Shown piece by piece: positions 1-15,796 of a DNA stretch of 64,000 nt. The stretch is from the human T2T-CHM13v2.0 reference genome, Homo sapiens. Within the stretch, counting starts at the first letter, position 1. The number at the start of each line of letters is the position of its first letter. Made by a program: the position numbers and the translations under genes. The notes below the pieces were generated by a model. It ran no database searches. It had not been told where the DNA came from and worked only from the letters and a program-made list of their open reading frames with translations. The stretch lies in assembly GCF_009914755.1 (NCBI RefSeq), contig NC_060927.1. The stretch is one strand, 5' to 3'.

Positions 1-488
1 CCCTAAACAGTTTTATGGCAGTCACAAAATTATAAAAGGAATACTAACAGGGCAGCCCCGACGCTCAACAAAAAACCGTTTTCCACGGCCCTGTCTCAGA
101 TTCCATGTTTATCACCTCACATTGCATTTTGCTTGTCAAGCCGCTGCAGGAAGTAGCCTGGCCCCCACCCCAGCTGACGGTGACTCCAGGAAGGGAGGCG
201 GGGACCAGGCTCTGCACCCGGGAGGCTCAAGGCTATGCTCAAGTGTGCCTCCTGCTTCTCCCCAACCTCCTCTCCCTGGCAGAAGCAGAGAAGAGTGGGG
301 GGCCTCCTTACGTGGTAACTGAACGCTAATGGCACAGGAGGGCCCATCAGTAGGTGAACAGTGGGCTGTCGTGAGGCATGGAGAACACAAACTCTGGCAC
401 CAATCAGTGACTCACGTAAAGGGTTTTGTGTCCATTTGGGGAATTCAAGAATGGAACCAACCTTCGATTGTAGACTGAATTGAGGGGT

Positions 489-1289
489 GTTTTAAGTTGA
501 ACTGTCCCCCCAAAATAGATATGTTAATGTCCTGACCAGTGGTACCTGAGAATCTGTCCTTATTTGGAAACAGGGTGTTCATGAAGAAAACTGAGTTAAA
601 ATGAGGTCATTAGGGCAGGCCCTGATCCTATATGACAGGTGTCCTTATAAAAAGGGGAAACTTGGTCAGGTGCAGTGGCTCATGCTTGTAATCTCAGCAC
701 TTTGGGAGGCTGAAGGGGGGCAGATCATCTGAGGTCAGGAGTTTGAGACCAGCCTGGCCAACATGGCGAAACCCCGTCTCTACTAAATATACAAAAACTT
801 AGTCGGGTGTGGTAGGGTGTGCCTGTAATCTCAGCTACTCGGGAGGCTGAGGCGGGAGTCTCTTGAACCCGGGAGGTGGAGGCTGCAGTGAGCCGAGATC
901 ACACCACTGTACTCCAGCCTGGGTGATAGAGTGAGACTTCATCTCACTAAAAAAAAAAAAAAGTGGGGGAAACTTGCATTGAGGCAGACACGTGCAGGGA
1001 GATGATGACGTGAAGAGCGCAAGGGGGATGATGACGTGAAGACAGAGAGAACACAGCCATGTGACCGCAGTACTGCAGCTGCAAGTCAAGGAACGCCAGG
1101 ATGCCAGCAACCATTAGCAACTAGAAGAGGTAGGAAGGGGCCTCTCCTCGAGCCTTCAGAGAGAACACGGCCCTGGCCATAGCTTCATTGTGCACTTCTG
1201 GCCTCCAGAACTGACGGACAATATGTTCTGTTGTTTAAAGCCACGCAGTCTGTGGTACTTTGTCATGGCAGCCCTAGTTCATTAAGACA
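489..1289 (+). mobile_element. MaLR solo LTR (MLT1B/C-like) interrupted by an Alu
   Basis: Typical MLT1 motifs: ttatttggaaacaggg, gtgtccttataaaa, ttctggcctccagaactg, gtttaaagccac...gtggtactttgtcatggcagcc. Confidence 0.8.
664..962 (+). mobile_element. AluS
   Basis: Full dimer with poly(A); TSD ggggaaactt on both sides. Confidence 0.93.
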
Positions 1290-2814
1290 AGGGGATAGAG
1301 AAGGAAAAAAGTAAAAGGCAGAGGGACAAGAGAGAAGCACCTAAGAGAGAAATGTAAGAAATCTTGGGGAAATTCTGTGAATGTGTGGGTTTTGCTTAAG
1401 GATAGAAAAGCTAGGTGTTGTTCTGTGAGTTACCAAGAAAAAAAAAAAGAAAAGAAAAAGCAAAGCAAAGCTAGGTGTGAGAAGGATTTCTAAGAAAAGC
1501 CTCTAGAACACTTACAAAGACCCTAATTAAATGCAGGGCTAATCCCAAACAACGGAAGAGAAGCCACACCCCTACACAAAAGCCTGTCCGTGCTGTGTCC
1601 GAGTCCCACATCTGGAGATGGCCAGTACAGCTCACAGGTAAGTAGTCCACTTCCAGGGTGAAGACAAAGACAAGTACACAACTGGGGACAGCAGTGTTGC
1701 GAGTTCCACTTTCAAAACTAAGATGATGGGCTGAGTCATGATAATGATGGGACAGCCCCCTCCTTGAGGCAACGCCCTGTGATTGTGTGACATTAGAGGC
1801 TGCTCCTTGGTGATTGCTTTCTAAAGGGGAAGAGCTGCTACAGAATAGTCGAGTTCCCAATCTCTGCCCATAAACTTACTAATGCCTTCCTCATGAGGCC
1901 TCCCCACAGCTGCCAGATGGAAATACACTTCTCACAGCACAAGCCCCAGGGAGCTGCAAACCACTTCACTGGTTTCACAGCAGGTGTTTCTCCAAACTTA
2001 ATGACCTTTGCTCTGGTATAGAAACCTGGCCCTTCCTCCCCTAACACCAAAAGTTTGGGCCCCATTGTAGTGGAGACTAAAACATGCTAGTGAACTTGTA
2101 AAATGGCATTTGACAAAGCCCTTTATATTGAGATGGGGCAGCAGAAAGAAGTCCTCAGCGTTCTTGTCCAGCGACCTGAGAAATTAAAAACATCTTTGCT
2201 AAACCCAAGATGAAGCACTGCAAATGGACTGCCAGCTTACAGCCCAGCACATTTTGAAATTGGTGAAGTCCCCAAGACCTAACAAGTGCTGTGAGATCCT
2301 CAGCGGCCTGGTGTTTCAAAATTAGACACATTCAATACTTTTCTTCTTCAAAAACTGAGAGTCACTGGATTAAATATACCATTTTATTTGCAGAGATCAA
2401 TTTTATTCTCTGCAAATGGCTTTGGGTTATCCTTCAGAGGCTTTTATGCACTAGGCTGGGAGATTTATGTGGCATTTACTATCTTCAGATGTGTTTAGTA
2501 CCAAGTGGAGACTCATTACCGTCTGCCCTCTGCCTTCCTCCCTCACCCCAGAGGGAGCACAGGGAAGCGCTTGGCAAAACACATTCTAGGCCCGAGAGGA
2601 AAGCCAACAGCAAGGAGAAGTCCTAATAACTTCTCCAAGTGAGGCTGGGGAAGCTGATTGTCCTGGCGCCAACGCCCCTGCCTATACCTTGAGTGTGTGT
2701 CTGGAGTTGAACGAGGGGAACAGTCCCACAGCCCCTGCCACCAGACAGTTTTCCCTACACTGACACAGATAACAACTGTGTGTGCACAAGTTCTTGAATT
2801 TCGTGACTCTTCTA

Positions 2815-3096
<282 letters not shown>

Positions 3097-3295
3097 TTAC
3101 AGTTCACTCTTCCAACAGCGTGATGGATATCACTATTTTTTTGTAGCGTGTTTGTTTTCACGTCAGTTAGCAAATGAAGGAAAAAGTGTGTGTCTCCTTA
3201 GGTCGTAAGGGGGAGGGTTAGTTTTCAATTCACTTGGGATAAATTGTTTCAAATATTGCTTAGGAAACACTCACTTTCCCCTCTGATATTTGTTC

Positions 3296-3437
3296 TTTTT
3301 TTTTTTTTTAAATAGAAATAGAGAAGGGAGTCTCACTATGTTGACCAGGCTAATCTCAAACTCCTGGCCTCAAGCAATCCTCCTGCCTTGGCCTCCCAAA
3401 GCGTGAGGCTTACAGGCATGAGCCACTGCACCAGACC
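3296..3437 (-). mobile_element. Alu monomer (FLAM-like)
   Basis: Left-arm sequence only, with T tail. Confidence 0.8.
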
Positions 3438-4040
3438 ACTAATATTTATTCTTAAATGTGCAGCAAGTTTTCATATACACTAGCCAGCTCTGTGCTTCTC
3501 CTGCTAAACATTCCAAAATTATGATGATACTGTGAAGGTACTCTTAGGAAAATATTCCTAAATCAGACTGAGTACCAGATTAGCTCATTTTGAGATATTG
3601 TGCATAAACTGTATTTTACTAAATTTCTTCTAAGACAAGCAAGAGGCTGAACTAGCTTGCTATTCTAAGAAAAGTCAGACATTTTCAGTGGTTTTGGAAA
3701 AAGTGAAGCTCCTACAACAAAATACTCCTAGATTAAAATCTCTTCTTCTGTATTTACCAACCCGAGTATACAGAATCTTACAGTCAGAGTGTAGCTCTGG
3801 GCATGTCCCAGTTGTAAGAAGCTTAAATAATTGGTGTGGTGAGCGAAAGCCAACAACCACTTCCTCTCCTCCCTATGCCCTTGATTAGCCTGGCTCCAAC
3901 TTCTGCATCCTTTGGCTCTTGAGACTCTGAGGATAAGGGAAGCATTCTTATGCCTAAGACTAGCCCATGGCTGGGCATCTGCAGGGCAATGGGGACAGCT
4001 TTAGAGTCCTGAGAGGGCTGGATCAAGAGTAAGGTCACAT

Positions 4041-4336
<296 letters not shown>

Positions 4337-4547
4337 GAGTAAGGTCACAACGAATAACAAAGGTGTGAGAAGGAAGGGACAGCCAAGAGCAAAGCAAGAA
4401 GGCCACGAAAGAAGAGGTGAGCCCTGGGTCCCACTATCATGAAGAATGTAATAGAAGAATGAAATCTATAAGAAAATTCCTGATCAAACAGAAGAGAAAC
4501 AGACTGCTTCACACTCCTGTCTGTCTTGCAATTAAAGGGAGAATTCA

Positions 4548-4736
<189 letters not shown>

Positions 4737-4809
4737 TCATGTTGGTTTTTCTATTTTAATTTTTATAGCACTATTAAAATTATTTAATATTTTCATTAAA
4801 GTTTGTTTA

Positions 4810-5307
<498 letters not shown>

Positions 5308-5723
5308 TTATACAGGTCATTAATGCAAAGTTGATGTTTTTCTATTTGATTTCAGTTACTTTGGGATTACATTAAAAGATAAAAATGAAAATACTGAAAG
5401 ACTATCTAGCCACACAAACATGGGGCAGATTTTTGTGGCTGTGACAGTGAGCTCCCTTTTCTCCTCTCTTGGCACCTCCCACCTCCCAAAATGAACACCA
5501 GAGCTCTCAGGAGGCAAACTAGAGGGCCGGGGTCTCACCAGAATACCTGACACCAAAGTCATGTTGGAGGGCATAGTCAGTACAAAGACCTACAATTTAC
5601 AATCTTCAGGATTTTCTTTAATCTTCAGGTTCATCTTTCATTAAATATATCAGAGAAAAATATTAGGAAGTATCTATTAATAGTGTTCACCTTTAATTAA
5701 AACACTACAGAATTTCATCTTAC

Positions 5724-5774
5724 CCTGATCACCAAAGTTCAATACATTCAAAAATGTCATCACATATCGCTCGC
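5724..5774 (-). CDS. RFT1: RFT1 exon 8 (51 nt, GERYVMTFLNVLNFGDQ)
   Basis: Acceptor tttatag|GC; donor AGG|gtaaga; symmetric phase 1-1. Confidence 0.94.
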
Positions 5775-5975
5775 CTATAAACAAAAAAGCAAAATAATTA
5801 GCAATGTCAAATGCACATTACTTTATTGTTTCCTTTCTCTCACCAGCTATCAACTTTTCCAGCTGACAAATAAAGGAGAAATACTAGGTAATCAGTTAAA
5901 GACATGTCCTTGTCCTAATGTTGATTTCAAATAATCTCAGAGTAACAATTTGGAAAGTGCTGAGGACTTTATTGA

Positions 5976-6342
<367 letters not shown>

Positions 6343-6526
6343 CTAAAAATAAGTTTTTAAAAAAGTATGTGGAGATTATTAAATGTTAATAATGAAAATG
6401 ATAGTGCCAAGTCTTAAGGGGAGGTCAGATAATCTGAGTGTAAATTATCTGTGAAGAGTCCATGATTATATGCACAAGCTTATCCAAAGGTTCCTCAGGG
6501 GTGGAGACAGCTCCCTGGGGGCTGGC

Positions 6527-6606
6527 AAGGCATTAGACTGTCTTAGATTTGAATCATGAACTCACGTCTGAGTTCATGATTCAAATTTAAGACAGTCTAA
6601 TGCCTT
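6527..6606. repeat. 80-bp inverted repeat (38-bp arms, 4-nt loop, 1 mismatch)
   Basis: Arm 6527-6564 equals the reverse complement of 6569-6606 except for one G/A position. Confidence 0.97.
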
Positions 6607-6822
6607 CAAGGTGAAGACACCAGCCAGGGCCCCCATCCCCTTGGCTTTCATGAAGTTTCTCATCTATGAAGAAAAAGTGTTGACCACTATGGAAAAGGAG
6701 CACTAAACAGTGCCCACGCCCTGAAGGGCAAATTCTCACCTCCTAGTAACTTGCTCAAAAAGGAAAGCATCAAGAGGCTAGAAGCAGTGAGGATCTTCTC
6801 TCAAGACTTTCTCCCACCCTGA

Positions 6823-7981
<1,159 letters not shown>

Positions 7982-8435
7982 TCACCCTCATCACCCTGTC
8001 ATCTTCTGCTGCACCCTACCTCCCAGGTTTTAGCCCTCCAGCTGCTTTGAGTCAGGCTGGGCCCACCTTGGCTCCTGTCATTCTCACCACCTAGTGTGTC
8101 TTTTCTGCAGGGCCCTCCCTGTCTTTTGGCAAAATAGACCTCTCCTTCCTACATTCTATAGACTCCCTGAGGGCAGGAGCCCCTCTCAGTCACCTCTATG
8201 ACCCTGGTTTCCTAGCAAAGCTCTAGGAAATGAGTTTCCAAGTACCACACACCTCACAGCCAAGTAACAGTTAACCACATAAATGTCTGTGTCTTTGGTG
8301 AGAGAATGAAATGCCTGAGGCCATGGCCTGTTACTCATTCATCTCAGTATTCTCAGCACCTGGCATAGTGTTCAGGAAATGTGGGGGCAGAAGTAACAGC
8401 ACATACATTTTTGCTACTACAAAAAGTGATTTCAA

Positions 8436-8751
<316 letters not shown>

Positions 8752-10038
8752 CCACCAGGGATTTCAACTTTTTTAGAGCTGTAGTTTTAAAGATATATCG
8801 AATCTGAGGATCTCAGTCAGGCAACTTCCTTATTTCACAGCCAAGGAGATGGAGGCCCTGAGAAGTTCCTAATGGCACTCTGCCAGTCAGGGAGTCAGGC
8901 TAGGGGGATCCAACCATGGAGCAGGCTCCTGGCACCACATTCAGGTCGAGCTCTGGAGGCTTTAGTTTGCAGTAAACTTAAACCAGCTGCTGCAAAGACA
9001 TGTCTAGAGACATGTGTTGTCTGCAATCCAGAAAACCAATTTAGGGCCATCACTTGGACTGGATCCATTCCTTCAAACTTATTAAAACTGCTCTTAAAAC
9101 CTTGGAAGGAAAAAAATGCATATGAGCAACCGTCCTTTCCAAAACTCACTCCACCGATTTTCCTGTTCTTACAACAATGTGAACTATCATCATACACATT
9201 TCACAATAGTTACGTTGTTGCTTTTCTTACCCCATTCACAAATACATGCTGAACAGCCCTCCTGTACCAGGCCACAGGGAGGCAGTAGTGAACGGCACAG
9301 TCTCTGCTCCCCAGGAGCTAAGTGCTCAGGCCCTTCACTCAGCTCTTCTGAGGCTTCTGACCCTCCCTTCCCCGAGAAGGCCTCGGAACGGTTTCATTTT
9401 TGTAATAGCAAAGTTATAAGGTTAGGCTGGAAACGTGTGTACTCTCAAAGATCAGAGAGCCCTCAGACACTGCCTGGTCCTATCCCTTATTCACAGATGG
9501 GGAAAGCGAGGCATAGGGGGAGTTGCTTTCTTTTGGAGACATAATAAACAAAAAATACAGATGGGGGGGAAATAAAATAACAAGATAATAACAGTTGTAT
9601 TAGAATGCTAGTATTATTTTTTCTATTTTCTTATTTTTTTCTAACGGGACTATATTTTATAATTAAAAGAAAATTTTTGAAAAGATTAAAAATACATTCA
9701 GTAATAGGTATATGGATATGAAATATATATGAAGAGAGAAACTACTACCTTCAGCAACTTACAGCTGTCTTAAATCTCACTTTTTAAATTAAAGCTGGGT
9801 ATAAGTAAACCAACACATATACATACAAAAACTAAATGTGCTTCCAGCCCCTTGCTGGCCCTCCACATTGAGAGCTCTGTCGTAGGTAAACTGAAAGGAC
9901 CAAAGTCTGACCAAACTCTCATACAAGTGCATTTTGTTGTTTAAGAAAATAAATCCAGGATTAGGGAATTGACATAATTTTTAAAAAGAAGAAGAAGAAA
10001 ATAAAATGATATAAATAAATGATATAAAATGATAAAAA

Positions 10039-10325
10039 GGCTGGGTGTGGTGGCTCGCGCCTGTAATCCCAGCACTCTGAGGCAGGCGGATCACAAGGTC
10101 AGGAGATCGAGACCATCCTGGCTAACACGGTGAAACTCCGTCTCTACTAAAAATACAAAAAAATTAGCTGGGTGTGGTGGTGGGCACCTATAGTCCCAGC
10201 TACTCAGGAGGCTGAGGCAGGAGAATTGCATGAATCTGGGAGGTGGAGCTTGCAGTGAGCCAAGATAGCACCACTGTACTCCAGCTTGGGCGACGGAGCA
10301 AGACTCCATCTCAAAAAAAAAAAAA
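10039..10325 (+). mobile_element. AluY/Sc
   Basis: gagatcgagaccatcctggctaacacgg; TSD aaaatgataaaaa. Confidence 0.9.
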
Positions 10326-10736
10326 TGATAAAAATACTTTTATGTAACTGATATAATACTTTCATAATAAATTCATAAAAATCATATAACATGGGGTTTT
10401 GGAGTTAGACCTGGATCCCAGTTAAGCTGTTCCTTGTTACTATAAAACCCTAAAGAAATTCTGCAACCTCACTGACCCTTAGTTTCCTCATCCATGATGA
10501 AGGGGAACAATATGTTTCTTATAAGGCTGTGGAGAGATTTAAATTAGACCACTAAGTAAAGCATCAAACTAAACAGACGTTGGTTTCTCTCTCCGTATTA
10601 AGCCCCCTCCTCCCATTTCTGAAATTCTTCTGCCCCAGAGGCTCTGGACAGGTGGTCTGGACCCAGGTAATTGGCAGTCCTATGAAATCCCCTTCTACTA
10701 TGGTCTCCCGACGATTCAGAGTGACCGTCTACTTAC

Positions 10737-10815
10737 CTTCTGTCAAAATCTGTTTCAAGAAAGACTGTTTGAAAAAACTCCAAGTCAGTTTAGCCTCTTT
10801 CCAGTTTATAAACGC
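10737..10815 (-). CDS. RFT1: RFT1 exon 7 (79 nt, AFINWKEAKLTWSFFKQSFLKQILTE)
   Basis: Acceptor tcttctag|GCG; donor AAG|gtaagt. Confidence 0.95.
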
Positions 10816-11366
10816 CTAGAAGAGAAAACAAAACAAAACAAAAACATCACAGGCGTTGCAAGTCTAAGAATGCAATGCTACATGAGAGGCAAATGCAATC
10901 TGGTCTCTAAATCCCAACTTGGATAGTCTCCACTGAATCCTCATCCAATGCTAAGCACACAGAAGGCATCTCACAAACACTGGAGAAGAATTTACATTAC
11001 TAAACACAAAGCCAAAGTCTGTAAGGGCCTGCCCAAGACTCATATACTGAGACCCCTAAAGAATTGCTGCTGTCCCTTGGGGGCCCACACAGTACACTGA
11101 CCACAGCTAACACGTACAGCTCACAGTTTGTTCTTTCCTTAAAAACTGTCTAAAGCATGCCAGGCTGCAGAAGAAATTCTGCTCCATATACTGCACATTG
11201 TAATGCTATGTTCAGCCATCCAGGGCCCTTTTACACAAAGTATAGGAGCTGCCCTTCTGCATTACAAAAGAAATTTAGCCTTCGCAGGTCAGGTAAACCA
11301 CTCAGAATGGGTATGACAGAGGAACGGAGAAAATAAAATTTCTGATATGACTCTTCTAAAACTCCA

Positions 11367-11671
11367 GGCCAGGCGAGGTTGCTCACGCCTATAATCACAA
11401 CACTTTGGGAAGCTGAGGTGGGTGGATCACTTGAGGCCAGGAGTTTGAGACCAGCTTGGCCAACATGGCAAAAACCCCATCTCTACTAAAAATACAAAAA
11501 TTAGCTGGGCGTGGTGCTACGTGTCTGTAATCTCAACTACTTGGGAGGCTGTGGCACAAGAATCGTTTGAACCTGGAAGGCAGAGGTTGCAGTGAGCCAA
11601 GATGGCACCACTGAACTTCAGCCTGGATGACAGAGCGAAAATCTGGCTCAAAAATAAATAAATAAATAAAA
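11367..11671 (+). mobile_element. AluS
   Basis: Dimer with (TAAA)n tail; TSD taaaactcc. Confidence 0.9.
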
Positions 11672-11918
11672 CTCCCAGCGGCACCAAATGGCCCATTTCC
11701 TAAGGACAAGGAAACACTTAGGTAGGGTAGAGGTCAACCTATTAAGAGACAGGTGGCCTCAAAGCCAGGGAGCTGAGCACAAAATGGAAGAGCAAGGCAG
11801 CCAGGGAGCTCGGTATCCTCTGACTCCTGTTTTTCTACCTCCCACAGTTCTCTCTGGGGCCCCCTCCTCTATCTTGTAGGCACCCTGGGATCCCAGAATA
11901 TTTAGACTAGGTGTTTGG

Positions 11919-12220
11919 TTTTTTGTTTTGTTTTGTTTTAGAAACAGGGTCTCACTCTATCACCCAGGTTGGAATGCAGTGGCATGATCATAGCTCACTA
12001 TAACCTCAAACTCCTGGGCTCAAGCCATCTTCCCCCCTCAGCCTCCAGAATAGCCGGGACTACAGGTGTGTGCCACCATGCCTGGCTCATTTTTAAAATT
12101 TTTGTAGAGATGAGGGTCTTGCTGCATTGCCCAGGCTGGTCTCAAACTCCTGGCTCAAGCAATCCTCCCACCTCGGCTCCCAAAGTACTGGGATTCCAGG
12201 CATGAGCCACCATGCCTGGT
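11919..12220 (-). mobile_element. AluJ
   Basis: Reverse-strand dimer. Confidence 0.88.
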
Positions 12221-12456
12221 TGATGTTAGGTTCTTAATCCTAGGGTACTTGCATTTTGAAAAGTAGTGATTATCCAAAGTGATTACTTCTCAATGGTAGG
12301 GCTTTTTGGGAGGGGAGGGCTGAATTACAAAGGCCAAGCCCACTCTACCTCTCCAAAAGGTCAGCCACAGCTCTGGAAGTGGGCCCAAGGGCAGGCCTGG
12401 AACCTGTCTCAGTCATGTGGGCCCCTGTTCTGGGCAGAAAGCCCATCCGTGAAGAG

Positions 12457-12728
12457 CAATGCTATCCAGTAGAAATGTAATGTTAAATTTTCTAGCAGCC
12501 ACAGTGCACAGGAAAAAGAAACAAGTGAAATTAATTTTAATATATTTTATTTAACCAAAATATTATCATTTCAACAAGTAATCCCTGTAAAAAATATTTT
12601 TTTTCATATTAAGACTTTGAAATCCAATATGTATTTTGCATTTATGACTCATCTGAATTCAGACTAGCCATATTCCAGAATGCTCTATAGCCACATGTGG
12701 CTGGTGGCTAACATTTGGGACAGGGCAA
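12457..12728 (+). mobile_element. MER33-like hAT-Charlie DNA transposon
   Basis: aaattttctagcagccac...gtgaaattaattttaa...tagccacatgtggctggtggcta, with terminal inverted-repeat-like ends. Confidence 0.8.
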
Positions 12729-12995
12729 GCCTAGAGCACCTCTGAAAGCAAGGATCACTTCTAGCCTCCATTCTCTTTACTCCTTGGTTTCTGAGCCTTT
12801 TTTCCAGACACAGGGAGTGCAAGTGTGAATCCTCCCAAACAGTGCAGCCCTCAGGGAATCAGAGAACCTAGAGCAGATGCCAGGTTATCTCTTTAGCCCA
12901 GGAGTAAATCTTCCCTGATGAGAAGGAAATTGGGCCACAAGATGTTTAAAACAGGCCATCTCCTTTCCCCGGAACAAAGAGCACCAGACAACTTC

Positions 12996-13014
12996 CTACC
13001 ACTAGGGGGCACTG
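12996..13014 (+). promoter_or_regulatory. CTCF motif in RFT1 intron 6
   Basis: ctaCCACTAGGGGGCACtg is close to the CTCF core consensus. Confidence 0.7.
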
Positions 13015-14089
13015 GGGACCACGTCATCTTCAGACTTGGATTCTGACCACAGCCGGCTTCAGCACCTTCTCTCTCTCACACTGCTCCTCACCCCTTGCCA
13101 TGCTGTGGTGGTCCTCCCAGGGGTCAGCAAAGCAGGACCTGTCCCCTTTTAAAAGGAAACGAAGGCTGCTGCTTGTCATGAGGCTCTCGTGATGCCTGCT
13201 TGCCTGCAGGTTGTGAATGGATTTGGGAAGATGATTGAGCTCTTTAAAGACAAAGTTCTTTGGGAGAATGAGATCATGATGGTGTACCTAATCTGAGAGC
13301 TCATACTTGATTTTCCTAATGCCTTTGGTTTAAATGGGCCTGTGGTTCAGAAGGAATGGTGACACCACTTACTAAAAGTGCTCATTAAGGACACAGAGGC
13401 AGGAAATCCAATCTGAGATGCGGCTTCTGCAGGCAGGGGCTGAGTGGTGGGAGAGAGGAAGCATATGGTGGACTGTTACCATTCTATTCAGAATGGAGGT
13501 TCAGAATGGAGGTGTCACTTGGGGCGGTCAAAAGAGGCCTATTTCACAATAGCTGGGTTGGTACTGATGAGCTGATCTAAATAGCCAGGAATTTCCCTGG
13601 AATACCCTGACCAACAAGCCATTCCACTGCCTCACTGTACTAACGGAGAAATGGCGGCTAAGGTGGTAAAAGGTGATGGATGGTAACTCCAGGGAAGGTC
13701 TGGAATCAGAACGCAGAGGCTCATCACACTTTCACCTGAGTCACTCGTCCACTTCCCAAACTCTTCTGACTCAGGATGATATGATCAGCCACATCCTTAC
13801 CACAATGACAAGAGTCACTGGTGAGTGTGGGGCTACCATCCTGTCCACTGCCCTCTGTCACCTCCTCCACCCTACAGAGCACTCCTTCCTCTCCCTCTTG
13901 CTCCACCTATCCCAGTCACTCTGGGGCTATTGATGCTGCCCCAGCTTTATCCATCCTCCCACTTTCATCCATCCTCCCCCTGTCCTTACTCCTCACCTGG
14001 ACAATTGCCACAGGCTCCCAATGAGCTTTTTTTGCTTCTTACTCTTTCTCTAGCCTATCCTTCTCATTGCAGGTTCAGGCTTTGGAGTC

Positions 14090-14860
14090 AAGCTTGGAGA
14101 TTGGGGCTCGACCTGCAGTTCCTTGAATTATTAGTGTAAATGTCGCCGTGAACAAGATACTTAATTTTGCTAAGCCTTGGCTTTCTCATCTGCAAAATGG
14201 GATAAGAAGTCCTGTCTCATGGAGCCAGTATGAGGACTGAATGAAAAAAAATAAGACACTATAACTCTGTAAGAGACGGCAAGCTCCTCAATACAGACAG
14301 TTTGATCATGGTGCTGTTCAAAAACCTTTCATTAGGCTCCACTGCCCCTGAATTAAACCCAAGCTCCATAGCACTGAGGCCACTGCCACCTGACCCTAGC
14401 CTGGCAGCCAGGTTTACTTCCCTTCATAACTTCCCGCCACCTTTTCCTTTCTCTCCCTTCCCCCATTTTCCAGCCAACCTAAGTACCCCAGTCATCTCTA
14501 CATTCCCAATTCCAACACAATGATGGGCAGGTAACAAGCACTGAGCAAATTTTCTTTCCTTCTGTGGTCACGAATGCCCATCTCTACCACACATATACAT
14601 TTAACCTCTGCCCACCCATGTGTCAAAGTCCAGCACAAAAGAAGCTTCCTCCGTGAAGCCTTCCTTGATGTTCCTAGATGGAATTCAGCAGTCCTTCCTC
14701 TGTGCTTCTATTTTGATAACGCTAGACACACACTGTCCTATAGCATAGTTGAGTACAGATCCTATCTCTCCATCACCATGCAAGTTCTGAGGGTAGGGGC
14801 CTCACTCAGGGCACCTGGTACAGTGCCTAACATATAATAATGTTTAATACATGCTTGCTG
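14090..14860. mobile_element. MIR (about 14090-14310) and L2 fragment (about 14570-14860)
   Basis: MIR core ttctcatctgcaaaatgggataa; L2 tail acagtgcctaacata...aatacatgcttgctga. Confidence 0.6.
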
Positions 14861-15188
14861 AGTCAAATTCCTCAGCTTTACTTAAATATTAGCATATCTC
14901 TCATATTAAATCCCTCAGAAATGTCAATGAATATAAACGGAAGCCATTATTTGAAGTATCATTAATTTATTATAAGGTTAAATAAGCATCTTTAAAGAAG
15001 ATGGAATTCTACAAGAACAGGAAGGGAAATCTTACAATTAAGTCAAATTGATAGTAAATATAATTATTTGACCAGCTTCCATTAAGGAAGTCCCCAGTGC
15101 AGAAAGCTGCTCTGGGGAGTCAAGTCAGGCATGCTGCTCATGGTAAAGTCATACACTGCGTTCATGCATTCAGAATCATCTCATTTCT

Positions 15189-15796
<608 letters not shown>

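Noticed and set aside
400-418. Possible ERSE (CCAAT-N9-CCACG)
   Set aside because: Spacing and second half-site do not match (CCAAT-N7-TCACG)
13487-13512. Short tandem duplications (TTCAGAATGGAGG x2; also 33868-33907 and 53070-53097)
   Set aside because: Ordinary slippage duplications with no further structure; no repeat-spacer array (CRISPR-like or otherwise) seen anywhere in the window
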